From positions 1-34,538 of the forward strand of contig JBIKWF010000040.1 of the NCBI GenBank assembly GCA_044356455.1: DNA of 34,538 bases, written 5' to 3'. The translations under genes were made by a program, and so were the position numbers. Shown one piece after another: positions 1 to 9,363 of this stretch. The DNA comes from Bdellovibrionota bacterium (lineage in GTDB: Bacteria > Bdellovibrionota_C > UBA2361 > JBGSMV01). The notes beneath the pieces were generated by a model, which saw only the letters and a list, made by a program, of their open reading frames with translations, did not search any database and was not told the DNA's origin. Position 1 is the stretch's first letter, and every line of letters starts with the position of its first letter.

Positions 1-60
1 GCGTAAGACTATAAAATCTATTACTTCACCCGCGCGACCTTCGGGGAGCGCTGTACCTAT

Positions 61-158
61 GGAGTCTGGCCCGTCCTACGGGACAGACTCCTAGGTGGGT
101 TGTCCCGCTGCCACCACAACATGTAGTGGTGGAAACTTTCTACGGGGCAGAATCCTAG
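61..158. repeat. Partial copy of a dispersed MITE/REP-like element: end-only mini-hairpin plus right module
   Basis: 61-91 GGAGTCTGGCCCGT-cct-ACGGGACAGACTCC forms a hairpin. It is followed by taggtgggttgtcccgctgccaccacaacatgtagtggt...ttctacggggcagaatcctag, near-identical to 14124-14191 and 34279-34346. Confidence 0.85.
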
Positions 159-970
159 GAAGCTGCGTTATCTTCGCATGCTTCAGAATAAGTGAAGGGA
201 AGCGGTGCCTGCGGAGTCTCACGAGTCTTCGCAGCGCGGACACGAATGGCATCGATTCGACTACTTGTAAGTGGATGGCTGCTAAGTAAAGCATCGAGTG
301 AACTATCCTGTCGCTTCGTTAGAACATATTCGAAGAACTCACTTGCGCCCTCAAGACTACCGTAGTGATTCTGAACAAGAGCAATTGCTACTTCATCTGC
401 CGCACTTTCTTGGGCCTGGCTAAATTGTCTTGCCACGACAGTGCTCGACAAGTCCGAAACCCATGCGCCAAATTCGTCGAGCCCAATCAGGCTAAGTCCG
501 AAGCTTATTCCTAAACCTGCTCCAAGCCCACGGAGGTGATCGCGGTGGGTAAAGTGACCAAGTTCGTGGCCGAGTAAAAAAGCAAGTCCTTGCTCGCTCA
601 TTATTCCTTTGAGTGCACCAGAGGTGACCCCAATTGTATGTCCTGGAAATGCGATCGCATTTGGGTCCTCCTCGCAGAGAAGTATCACGCGGTAGTTTTC
701 GGCTTCTTCGCCAATAAGTTTTTTAAGGAGGGACACCCCCTCGGGAAATGGCCTTTGCCCAGAGGCAAGGCTTGAGAAACGGCCAAAAACAAAACGCTCG
801 ACTGACGGGCTGAGACGGAGCAGGATGAATTCGCCGCTGTACGCGAATACGGCAACCAGTAGCATGATAAGTGCCACTGCGGAGGCGAGGAGCCGAAAGA
901 ATCCGCCGAGCGAGTTCTCCTTCGAGTAATTTATTTCCTCACACTCAGGACTTGGAACGTACGGTACCAT
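155..970 (-). CDS. M48-family zinc metallopeptidase (membrane-anchored)
   Basis: PNAIAFPG, HELGH (HExxH), FSQAQESAAD and SSHP motifs typical of M48; N-terminal TM segment. The start overlaps the upstream stop. Confidence 0.9.
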   Translation of the reverse strand: MVPYVPSPECEEINYSKENSLGGFFRLLASAVALIMLLVAVFAYSGEFILLRLSPSVERFVFGRFSSLASGQRPFPEGVSLLKKLIGEEAENYRVILLCEEDPNAIAFPGHTIGVTSGALKGIMSEQGLAFLLGHELGHFTHRDHLRGLGAGLGISFGLSLIGLDEFGAWVSDLSSTVVARQFSQAQESAADEVAIALVQNHYGSLEGASEFFEYVLTKRQDSSLDALLSSHPLTSSRIDAIRVRAAKTRETPQAPLPFTYSEACEDNAAS

Positions 971-1395
971 TATTTTACCGCGGTGCCCGACGCGAAAACT
1001 TCAACTCCTTGGTTATCGAGCATGGAGGAGTCGATCCGCAGATGAATTACCTCTTTTGCGCCCCATGCTGCTGCGTCAGCTCTCATGCGAAGGATTGCCT
1101 CGCGTCGTGCGCGGTCCATGAGAGATTCAAGCGAGGGTACCTTTCCACCGAAGAAACCCTGCAGGCTACCAACGAGCGCCTTGAATCGGTCGCTCGCGAT
1201 TACCACGTTGCCCATCACTAGTTTAGCTTCTTTCGTGCTTGACTCAGGAGTCAGTTCCGCACGAACTGGCAGATGCAAAAGTGTCTTTTCGCGTTCGCGG
1301 ATACTCGCGTAGTGTTTTTCTTCTGCCTTGCGGCCGAAAAAAAACCCAAGCGCAATTGAGAGGAGCGTGAAGGCGAGTTGAATGAGATCGTCCAT
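970..1395 (-). CDS. YbjQ/UPF0145-family protein with N-terminal TM helix
   Basis: FFGGKVPSLESLMDRARREAILRM...EVFASGTAVK matches the YbjQ pattern; hydrophobic N-terminus. Confidence 0.85.
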   Translation of the reverse strand: MDDLIQLAFTLLSIALGFFFGRKAEEKHYASIREREKTLLHLPVRAELTPESSTKEAKLVMGNVVIASDRFKALVGSLQGFFGGKVPSLESLMDRARREAILRMRADAAAWGAKEVIHLRIDSSMLDNQGVEVFASGTAVK

Positions 1396-1397
1396 GA

Positions 1398-1712
1398 CTA
1401 AGCCAGCTTTACGGCGGTTCCGTAGGCAAAGATCTCTGCGGCGCCTGCGGCGACATCGCTGGTGCCAAAGCGTAGGCCAATAATGGCGTCGGCATTCTTT
1501 TCTCTTGCCTGAGCTTCGAGACGCTTCAAGGCCTCTGCCCTCGTTTCATCGAGTAACGCCGAATATGCTTTGAGCTCTCCGCCTAGAATGTTCTTGAAGC
1601 CAGCAAAGAAGTCTTTGCCGAAGTGCTTTGAGCGAACCGAGCTTCCAAAGACCACTCCATAGTGCTCGACGATCTGTCTTCCAGGAACGGACTCGATAGT
1701 TAATAGAATCAT
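1398..1712 (-). CDS. YbjQ/UPF0145-family protein
   Basis: 104 aa; GKDFFAGFKNILGGELKAY...ADAIIGLRF...EIFAYGTAV; SD-like GGAG upstream. Confidence 0.92.
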   Translation of the reverse strand: MILLTIESVPGRQIVEHYGVVFGSSVRSKHFGKDFFAGFKNILGGELKAYSALLDETRAEALKRLEAQAREKNADAIIGLRFGTSDVAAGAAEIFAYGTAVKLA

Positions 1713-1890
1713 GCGGTCTCCAACACTTGTGAGTCGTTGATAGATGAGATGGGACCTTGCGAGTGCCGGTTCAACTTTCTCGAGTGCTGGAATAGTGAGT
1801 TGGATTATATGGTTAGGTGCCGTGCCTCGCCGGGAAGGCGGGCATGGCGTGGGCCGGATTCCGAACGAATATAGTGGACTTCGGTGGTGC

Positions 1891-2874
1891 TCAGTTAACT
1901 TTTGTGTTTGATACGGGAAACAAGACCTTCAGGGGATGCTCGGATATCCTAATTTTCAGAATAGAGCCAAGCGGGAAGTCTGCTCGCACCAATGAGTCCA
2001 GAATTACAATTCCCTGAGAGTCATTAAGCGATTTGATTTGCAGCTCATCCCCCACTCCGACACTTCCCCTCGGAATCTTATTCGCAGGCAACCGCCCTTC
2101 ATAGGGCTCCCTCAAGATAAAGCGAAGCTCAGGAGACTCTCGCGGAAAAGCGGCGTGGCTCTCCCCCGACTGCCGATATATTGAACTATACCATCCAGTT
2201 GATCCCGTTCCTGTCGCAATCAAGAGACCAGAGCCCTTATTGAGGTCCTGACTTCCGCGAAGAGAAAGAAGGTGTTTCGACATTTCATAGAAATGCAGCT
2301 CACCACACGCAACGTCGCAGAGCGCCCGCCCAATAGAACGCCCGTCAACCTCTACCTCTGCGCGCGTCCACTCCTCGGTGGTATAGTGCCCTTGCGCAAG
2401 GTCCTCGATGAATTGAGGAAGCTCTGCAATGGTGGGGCCACAAAGCACTCCATCGCTTAGCTGCGGGTCGGAATTGACCCCGACGACGGGGGTATCTTTA
2501 AGAGCTTGCGCCACGTATTGCAGGTGATTGTCCCCACCGATTGAGAGCACGAGCTTCGCGCTCGACAGATTCTCCGAGTTTGCCTGGTCTCTTGGCACCA
2601 AGCGTGAGGAGCCAAGGAGCCTTACAAGAAGCGCTTCGGCCTCTTTCTGCCTTCGATGACTTTCTACCAGTAAGAGGTCTTGCGGGCTGCCTTTCTCGAG
2701 CTCTTGCTTAAGGTCCTCGACGGACCTTCCTGATTTCATGGCGATACATTCAAGCTTAGAAAGCCTGGTGACGGCGAGAATTTCACTCGCAAGGATAGGC
2801 GGCTGCCGAATTATTGCGGCACAAGCCCCTCGCTGCCCTTTGTCCAAGTCTGGTGAGACGGTAAGAAGATCCAT
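1891..2874 (-). CDS. nadK: NAD(+) kinase (variant motifs)
   Basis: SIGGDNH (GGDG-like), PVVGVNSDP, ALCDV (ALNE/D position) and GLLIATGTGSTGW motifs; lies 2 nt downstream of the ALDH stop. Confidence 0.85.
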   Translation of the reverse strand: MDLLTVSPDLDKGQRGACAAIIRQPPILASEILAVTRLSKLECIAMKSGRSVEDLKQELEKGSPQDLLLVESHRRQKEAEALLVRLLGSSRLVPRDQANSENLSSAKLVLSIGGDNHLQYVAQALKDTPVVGVNSDPQLSDGVLCGPTIAELPQFIEDLAQGHYTTEEWTRAEVEVDGRSIGRALCDVACGELHFYEMSKHLLSLRGSQDLNKGSGLLIATGTGSTGWYSSIYRQSGESHAAFPRESPELRFILREPYEGRLPANKIPRGSVGVGDELQIKSLNDSQGIVILDSLVRADFPLGSILKIRISEHPLKVLFPVSNTKVN

Positions 2875-2876
2875 TG

Positions 2877-4523
2877 CTACGCCGCCTTTTCTAGAAGCTC
2901 AGGCCATACAACAGAGCCGTTTAGTGAATTAAGCTTTCCAGCCACAACCGACTCCGTAGAGAAGAAATTGATAGTGTCTTTGATTGAGACGGTGCCAAGC
3001 GCCGAGTCCTTTCTTCCTGCGAAGGGGAGCGTGTCTGGTCCGCGCTGGCACTGCGAATTGATGTTTATGCGAGATGTCAGATTCTGAAGCCCTCGTGCAA
3101 GCCGCGAGAGCGCTTGGGGATCTGCCCCAAAGAGGCTCACTTGCTGACCAAAAGCGGAGGTTTTCAAAGCATCTACAATTTCTTTTGTCTCCGAGAATTT
3201 TACGATGGGAACGATTGGGCCAAATTGCTCTTCCGAGTAGACCCTCATCGCACTGGTAACAGGATATAGAACCGCAGGTTGAAACGAGGTACCTTCGGCG
3301 ATTCCTCCTCCGTCATTTATAACTCTCGCGCCTTTCATGCCGGCGTCATCTATCAGCTCTCTGAGATATGCGGCTTTTCCAGATTCATAGAGCGGCGTGA
3401 ATGACACCCCTTGCTCCCAAGGCATTCCGCGAAGACGCTGATTTACCTCTTTGCTGACCGCCTCAGCGAATTCATCGGCAATTGATTCATGGACATAGAG
3501 AACTTTAAGAGCCGTGCAGCGCTGACCGTTAAAGGTAAGAGCCCCGTCCACGCACTCTTTCGCCGCCTGAGGGATATTCGCATCGGGAAGTACCACCGCA
3601 GGATTCTTTGCGCCCAGGCCCAGCAGGAGCTTGAGGCGATGGGGCGCGGGATGCAGCTTGGTGAGCTTACTCGCGACTCCGCTTGAGCCGATAAATGCGA
3701 GAAGATCAATCGAACCTGACTCAAGAAGGGGAGTAATTATCTCTCTTCCATCCCCATACACCACATTTGCAACTCCCGCGGGGAAGCATTCTTGAAGTGC
3801 TTCTTGCACGGCTTTAAAAAGCAGAACTCCGTATTTTGCAGGCTTCATAATAGTGGGGTTTCCCATCAGGATTGAAGGAATTGCCACGGTCAGTGTTTCG
3901 TTGAATGGATAGTTCGATGGCCCCATACACAGAGCTACGCCCGCGGGGCTACGTTCTACTCGTGCAATTATCCCGTCACGCGTGATAGGTTCTCGCGCGC
4001 TGCTTGATGTGCTTTTAACTTCAGCAATTGTCTCTTTGAGATAGGCGATCGTCCGGTCAAATTCTTTCTCTGCATCCGGTACCGACTTTCCAATCTCATG
4101 AATCAGGAGACCAACGATTTCGCAGCGACGTGTCACGAGTGCTGCAAGGAACTTCTCCGTCGCCGCGCAGCGCTCCTCCTGCGAAAGCGATGGCCAGAGC
4201 CCGCATCCCATGTCCCAGGCTCGCGTGGCACTCTCGAGAACGCCGAGGGCTTGGGCCTTCGAGAGGGCGGGGTAGTGGCCAATGACTTTTTGTCTATCTG
4301 GTTCGTCTCCTGAGACTTCAAGCGGGGTAGTTACTTCAAAAAGTGCTCCTTCATGTGGCACCAACCGCCCGCCTGACAGATAACTTCTAATCTCGGTGAG
4401 CTGGTTGAGAGCGAATACAGAGGGAATCTTTTGTGTGGGGGGAACCAGAGCGGCGGGGATTGGCAGAAGGACGACGCGGTCTGGAGCAGGTGTTCCAAGT
4501 GCTGTTTTCGCGGGAGTGTTCAT
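2877..4523 (-). CDS. Aldehyde dehydrogenase, likely non-phosphorylating NADP-dependent GAPDH (GapN-like)
   Basis: GPSNYPFNET, MKPAK, FIGSS, catalytic GQRCTA, EEQFGP and QRGPDTLPFAGRKDS. The ALDH family call is secure; the substrate is inferred. Confidence 0.8.
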   Translation of the reverse strand: MNTPAKTALGTPAPDRVVLLPIPAALVPPTQKIPSVFALNQLTEIRSYLSGGRLVPHEGALFEVTTPLEVSGDEPDRQKVIGHYPALSKAQALGVLESATRAWDMGCGLWPSLSQEERCAATEKFLAALVTRRCEIVGLLIHEIGKSVPDAEKEFDRTIAYLKETIAEVKSTSSSAREPITRDGIIARVERSPAGVALCMGPSNYPFNETLTVAIPSILMGNPTIMKPAKYGVLLFKAVQEALQECFPAGVANVVYGDGREIITPLLESGSIDLLAFIGSSGVASKLTKLHPAPHRLKLLLGLGAKNPAVVLPDANIPQAAKECVDGALTFNGQRCTALKVLYVHESIADEFAEAVSKEVNQRLRGMPWEQGVSFTPLYESGKAAYLRELIDDAGMKGARVINDGGGIAEGTSFQPAVLYPVTSAMRVYSEEQFGPIVPIVKFSETKEIVDALKTSAFGQQVSLFGADPQALSRLARGLQNLTSRININSQCQRGPDTLPFAGRKDSALGTVSIKDTINFFSTESVVAGKLNSLNGSVVWPELLEKAA

Positions 4524-4555
4524 AAGACCTCATTCATTGTTGGCAATGAGGTGAC

Positions 4556-4610
4556 TCTAATAATATTACTATTTATAATATAATAAGTATTAATATTTAC
4601 ATTATTACTG
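4556..4610. promoter_or_regulatory. Extremely AT-rich divergent promoter region
   Basis: taataatattactatttataatataataagtattaatatttacattatta lies between divergent genes, with TATAAT-like hexamers and an imperfect palindrome. Confidence 0.55.
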
Positions 4611-4699
4611 ACGAAGACTGGGAGTAATAGCAGAAAGGGAGGCAGTAGTTACTGCGCCCTTCTCTTAGGTGAAAGCAAGGATTCGCCGATTAACTCTCA

Positions 4700-5350
4700 A
4701 TGAACTGTCTTCGCTGCGGTAATGATATAGGCGAGGCCCTCGGGCTTTGCGGGAGCTGTCAGAGCGAAGGGCAACGCATAGGAGTCTCTTCGGGGCGCCA
4801 GGCGCACAGACGAGAGGCCCCCGTGAACGCTCCGACGATTGCGGCCTTTGCAACCTCGATTCTCTTGGTTCTCGCTGCCGCAGCTGTTTTTCTGCAGTCG
4901 GACGCATTTTACTATTGGCTCAAAGGAACCCCTCAGCAAACGGGGGATGAAACCTCGTCTCTCCGTATTACCCTTGGACGACCCTATAGTTTTTCTGGGG
5001 TCGTTTTTGATGCAGGAGAGATGCCAGCCGACCTTCAGCAGGCGGGCTTCGGGGCGCCCCTTATGTTGATGGAGAAAGGTCCCTATCTCGAGTTCGGTCG
5101 GCGCTTTGCAAATTCAAATGCGTGTCCGACCGAGTACCTCAAACAATTCCTCACGGTGCTCACACCAATCTCACCAGACTCAGCACTGAAGGTCGCTCCG
5201 AGCTCGCTTAAGGGCAGAGAGGTTCAATTGACTGGGTTCAGAACCCGCATCAATAGTGGGACTTTAAAGGGGATGCCGCTAGTGTTTAGCTCCGGAAATC
5301 ATGATTTGATCTATGTTTCTAAGGTCGACCTGGGGGACGTGCTCAAGTGA
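4700..5350 (+). CDS. Hypothetical membrane protein with N-terminal zinc ribbon
   Basis: CLRC...CGSC, then one TM helix (IAAFATSILLVLAAAAVFL) and a soluble domain. Confidence 0.65.
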   Translation: MNCLRCGNDIGEALGLCGSCQSEGQRIGVSSGRQAHRREAPVNAPTIAAFATSILLVLAAAAVFLQSDAFYYWLKGTPQQTGDETSSLRITLGRPYSFSGVVFDAGEMPADLQQAGFGAPLMLMEKGPYLEFGRRFANSNACPTEYLKQFLTVLTPISPDSALKVAPSSLKGREVQLTGFRTRINSGTLKGMPLVFSSGNHDLIYVSKVDLGDVLK

Positions 5351-5549
5351 GGCTGTCGGCTGGCCTCTGATTTCTTGAGGATCTGTGATTTAAGTCTTGT
5401 TCTAAGCAATAACGGACACTTTCATGAGGTCTCTTCCTGGACTACTCTTTCCAGCAAGAGTGCGCGGCGGCATGACCTCTACGTAAGGGGATGCTCACTT
5501 GGCGGCTGCCTGGCCCAGCCACTCTGTCAAACCTATCGGAACGAGACAT

Positions 5550-6506
5550 ATGAGGTTATCGGATAAGGAGCGACTTGTGCTTGCGGCAGCTGAGCTTAGA
5601 GCTGATGCGCCTATGGCTGAGCTGCGAAAGGAGACCGGATTACGCGAACACACGATTCGCTACGCCCTTCGTCGCCTGATACAGAGAAAAGTGGCTTCGC
5701 CGATTCCGCTCGTAAATCTCCAAGTTCTGGGAATGACGATATTTAATATCTTCTTTTCGGTAGGAGCTGAGAAACGAGCTACCAAGGATGCGTTGCTCAA
5801 GGCCTTTTCGCAGTCCAAGGAAGTTGTCTGGATTGGGGAGTTCGGGGGAGAGTACCAATACGGCCTTGCGGTGGTTGGTAAGCATGTGGGCACCGCGCTC
5901 GATCTTCTCAACACCCTGGCGCAAAAGTATCAGAACATTTTCTTTGAAAAATCCGTCGCCTGGCAATCGTCCGTTACGGTGTATTACCGAAAGTATCTCA
6001 CCTCGAAACGCATGGCAGTGAAGCCACTTACTTGTCGTTACACCGATCAAACCGTTGAAATTGATGAAATTGATGAGAAGGTCCTCTCCGGGCTCACCTC
6101 GTTAGGAGGGGAGTCTCATCGGCAAATAGCGATGGCGCTTAAGATGCCGCTTTCTACCTTTGAACTCAGGGTGCGAAAGCTCACCGAGAAGGGGGTGCTT
6201 GCAGGGCACATACTCGCCGTCGATCCGACTACTTTCGGCATGCAGGGATACAAACTTCTTGTGTATGGCAAGGGCCTTAATGCGAGCCTTGCGAAGGGAC
6301 TTAGCAAATTCTGCGAACAGCATCGTTCCATCACTTATTTAATTGAATGTATCGGAAGCTGGGACTATGAAATCGGAGTCGAGGCAGAACACCCACAAGA
6401 AGTAACCGAGGTTGTGCAGGAGATATACGAACAGTTTGGCGCCCTCGTAAACAACGTCAAGCTCCTTAATAAATTTAGTGATGTTAAGATTCGTTGGTAC
6501 TTCTAA
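5550..6506 (+). CDS. Tandem (double HTH-RAM) Lrp/AsnC transcriptional regulator
   Basis: Two Lrp units: LSDKERLVL...TIRYALRRL and IDEIDEKVL...RVRKLTEKGVL...IGSWDYEI. ATG at 5550 is preferred over the TTG at 5499. Confidence 0.88.
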   Translation: MRLSDKERLVLAAAELRADAPMAELRKETGLREHTIRYALRRLIQRKVASPIPLVNLQVLGMTIFNIFFSVGAEKRATKDALLKAFSQSKEVVWIGEFGGEYQYGLAVVGKHVGTALDLLNTLAQKYQNIFFEKSVAWQSSVTVYYRKYLTSKRMAVKPLTCRYTDQTVEIDEIDEKVLSGLTSLGGESHRQIAMALKMPLSTFELRVRKLTEKGVLAGHILAVDPTTFGMQGYKLLVYGKGLNASLAKGLSKFCEQHRSITYLIECIGSWDYEIGVEAEHPQEVTEVVQEIYEQFGALVNNVKLLNKFSDVKIRWYF

Positions 6507-6512
6507 GAGGTA

Positions 6513-7811
6513 CTAATACTGCGACGCCTTTAACAAATGCGCACTGAGCTCAAGACGCGGGTCTTGGATAATGCCTTCATCTGCAAGCGCAATAACATCC
6601 TCTATATCGAGATAGGCGAGATCGACCACTTCATCGATGTCAGGCGTGAATGAGCTCTTTACTCGCGGATCAACTTCTACGGCAAAATGGTATGCCCTCT
6701 CCAAGGCGGTGGCGGGGCTCGTATAGCTAAATCCAAAATACTGCGCGGGCCCGGCGGGTTCACATCCAGCCTCTTCGCGAACGCCTTGTGCGCCGCGCTC
6801 CCCAATCTCCTGTAAGGTGAGCTCCCCTTCAAGCGACTCAGCAACGCCGCCCAAGGATGTGGCCCTTAAAAGACTGGATGGTTTTCCAGTGAGAAGGTCT
6901 GGGAGGGCAAGAGCGGGTCGGATCTCGCGTTTTACAAGGAGGTGGACGCGGCCATTTATAAAGGTGTAAGCAGCAACATCAACCGCATCGTTTCCCTTGC
7001 GCTGCATAAGAGTTAGTTCTTGAAGGGTAGATTCTGGTGCGAGCTGTACTGCCACTTGTGCGGCGCTTAAGAAGGGCTTCCTCGGAGTTTGGCACTCCTT
7101 CATACTTACAAATGCCACGCGGTCCTCTTCGGGCATTGAGCGGATCCAATCCTTGACCTTCTCGTGCGAGGCTATCGGGATGTTTCCCGGCGAAGTGTTT
7201 TCTCTCGTTGAAGAGCTTAGCCGTGTTGCCAGTGAAAGGCTTTCACCAAGCACGCGAGCTGACCTAAAGGCCGCGAGAAGAAGACGTAAGTCGTGTGTGG
7301 AGCCGCTCTGATATCCAGTCGCGATATCTTGAAGCGAAATAAACCGCCCTCCTGTAGTGGTCTCAGATTCGGCTCCCTTTCTCACGAACAGTGAGCACCA
7401 TTCCATGCTGCCGCCAACCGAGGGAAAGAAATTACCTCCTAAACAGGCAGATGACGAATCATGGAATGCCGCTGGAGCGATAGAACGGTAGTGCGTAAGG
7501 CTGGGACAGGGATCCTGGCTAAGAATCGCGCCTCGAGCAGCAAGAAATGCTGATGGCTCGTCTTTCACCAATATGCGGCCTCCCGCTGAAGTTGAAAGCA
7601 AAGTAACCAGTAGTGTTGATGGTCCGCGGCACCGGCAGTCAAAGGAGTAAATACGAGAGGGCGAGAGCGCCTTTCCCTCACGATTAAGGAGGTCTACTTC
7701 GAAATGTTTAAGGGGCGAGCTATCCAGAGGAACTTCATGAATTCGTGGAAAGCTCGCCCCAAGGGTTGGCGGCACGAGAGATAGCGGAGATGAAACGGGA
7801 GCAATGTTCAT
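6513..7811 (-). CDS. Tandem Nudix-fold protein (ADP-ribose pyrophosphatase-like C-terminal domain)
   Basis: C-domain NDAVDV..., GAQGVREEAG, YTSPA...E, GIIQDPRL; N-domain is a degenerate copy (FFPSVGGSME, HDLRLL); 12 nt downstream of pncB. Confidence 0.72.
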   Translation of the reverse strand: MNIAPVSSPLSLVPPTLGASFPRIHEVPLDSSPLKHFEVDLLNREGKALSPSRIYSFDCRCRGPSTLLVTLLSTSAGGRILVKDEPSAFLAARGAILSQDPCPSLTHYRSIAPAAFHDSSSACLGGNFFPSVGGSMEWCSLFVRKGAESETTTGGRFISLQDIATGYQSGSTHDLRLLLAAFRSARVLGESLSLATRLSSSTRENTSPGNIPIASHEKVKDWIRSMPEEDRVAFVSMKECQTPRKPFLSAAQVAVQLAPESTLQELTLMQRKGNDAVDVAAYTFINGRVHLLVKREIRPALALPDLLTGKPSSLLRATSLGGVAESLEGELTLQEIGERGAQGVREEAGCEPAGPAQYFGFSYTSPATALERAYHFAVEVDPRVKSSFTPDIDEVVDLAYLDIEDVIALADEGIIQDPRLELSAHLLKASQY

Positions 7812-7823
7812 GGCTGAGAATCC

Positions 7824-9140
7824 TTAGTTGCTTAGAGGTACTTCCGATGGACGAGCTTTTCTTGTGAGCCGCGGATTTGGATTCTCGTGTCGACCAGCTT
7901 TTGAAATTGGCACAAGCGCGTCTGGACTCGAGCCCACCCGCACAATGTCGGTCTTTGCGGAGCGTGAGTCGTAGACTCCACCAACACCAAGAGAGTCAAA
8001 GAGCTTTGTGCCAAGAATCTTCTCTGCTTCAATGAATGCCCGAACCTTCTGAGCATCTCCAAAGCCGCTTGATAAGATTATTTTTACGTCGCTAAAGCCC
8101 GCCGCATCGAGCGCCTTACGCAGTCGATACACGCCGGTAACGGTAACGCCATTTCCGTACCAATATTTGGCATTCGGGTCGTTCTTACCTGGAAGTGCAA
8201 TTCCCTCTGCTCTCCAATCTGCAGCCTCTGGAGATAGAGGGGAGGACAAAGCTCCCTGTGCGATGTTCTCGCCGCAGGTATCAACCCGCACGCCACTTAA
8301 GCGCCCACCGAGAGCTTTCGCCGTGGCCACTGAATCGTCGATTTCTCGGTTGTTGTAATCAATAAGAGCAATTCTTGGGACACTTTTGTCTATATGCCTG
8401 TCAAAAGCCAAAGTTGCTTCCACCACCGCGCGAGAAGCGCCCACCTTCCAGGCTACGATATTTTCGAGCACATGCGGGATTGTCCCAATTCCCGATAGTC
8501 CGACGCTAGAAGCTCCGATATCTGTAGAGCAGCTTGTAGCTCCGCCCTCAAAAGCCGCGGCTGAAATGGCGCGATCCTCATCATAACGCCAGTGTCTTGC
8601 GCCGAAGTACATCACGGGGCGCCCGGCGGCCGCCTCGACAACTTCTCGCATCCTCTCGCGGACTTCGTTAGTGTCGATATGCTCCACGCCGTCAGTTGCA
8701 AGAGTCGTGTCTGCGCTTATTACCCCAAGGTACATCGTTTCAAGAGCTACGATGTCTTGAATCGGACCTTCAACCATCATCAAGGTTTCGCCTTTTTCAA
8801 ACGAGTCCCCATCGTCAAGGCTCTCGATATGCCCTCCGTGCTCAAAGAGAGGCGAGTATTTGGCGATCATGGCGCGCGCCTCTTCTAGTCCACCGACGGT
8901 GCCAGGTCCTTTCCGAATCATGATTTGCGCCCTTACCCATGGGTTGAGTCCTTCCCCCTTAAGAATCTGTTCTGTGTTTAGAAAATATTTATCGGCAAAA
9001 GGACGCGGACACTCGGGAAGGTTAAGGAGGCGTGCGGAAACTCTGGCGCTGAGCGCTTCCGCCGACGAAGTCGTTGGTGAGTGAAGCGCGCCGTAGTGAG
9101 AAGGGGAAATTGTTGTGGGTGTGAGTTGAGGATTGGTCAT
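7824..9140 (-). CDS. pncB: Nicotinate phosphoribosyltransferase
   Basis: DKYF, ALETMYLG, FGARH, GTIPH, RVDT, SSGF and GVG motifs; GGAG SD upstream. Confidence 0.88.
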   Translation of the reverse strand: MTNPQLTPTTISPSHYGALHSPTTSSAEALSARVSARLLNLPECPRPFADKYFLNTEQILKGEGLNPWVRAQIMIRKGPGTVGGLEEARAMIAKYSPLFEHGGHIESLDDGDSFEKGETLMMVEGPIQDIVALETMYLGVISADTTLATDGVEHIDTNEVRERMREVVEAAAGRPVMYFGARHWRYDEDRAISAAAFEGGATSCSTDIGASSVGLSGIGTIPHVLENIVAWKVGASRAVVEATLAFDRHIDKSVPRIALIDYNNREIDDSVATAKALGGRLSGVRVDTCGENIAQGALSSPLSPEAADWRAEGIALPGKNDPNAKYWYGNGVTVTGVYRLRKALDAAGFSDVKIILSSGFGDAQKVRAFIEAEKILGTKLFDSLGVGGVYDSRSAKTDIVRVGSSPDALVPISKAGRHENPNPRLTRKARPSEVPLSN

Positions 9141-9363
9141 AACTGCTCTCCAGAAAGTTAAACGCCGTTGAGTTCAGCGTGGAGGCAAGATGACGGGGAA
9201 AAGCCCAATATCCAATTTGGTGAAAAAATTAGCAGTGGATGGCTATACGGATGTTAAAATAAGCATGCAATTACCAAGTCATGTTCATATTGGCATAACG
9301 ACCGCAGGAGCAAATGAGTTCCCCATGGCCCTCAAGGGCCTTGGCTTTCTAGGAGGCGTAGTC

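Noticed and set aside
1817..1850. Intrinsic terminator after nadK
   Set aside because: A GC hairpin is present but there is no U-tract on the minus strand, so it is not called as a terminator.
4556..4610. NrtR operator
   Set aside because: The palindrome does not fit the GT-N7-AC core, and none of the Nudix proteins shows an evident winged-helix domain.
9190..9363. Longer N-terminus for PncA (and similar upstream starts at 5499, 20741, 20767, 25899, 29075, 32157)
   Set aside because: Family-like sequence, signal peptides or SD sites begin at the downstream starts.
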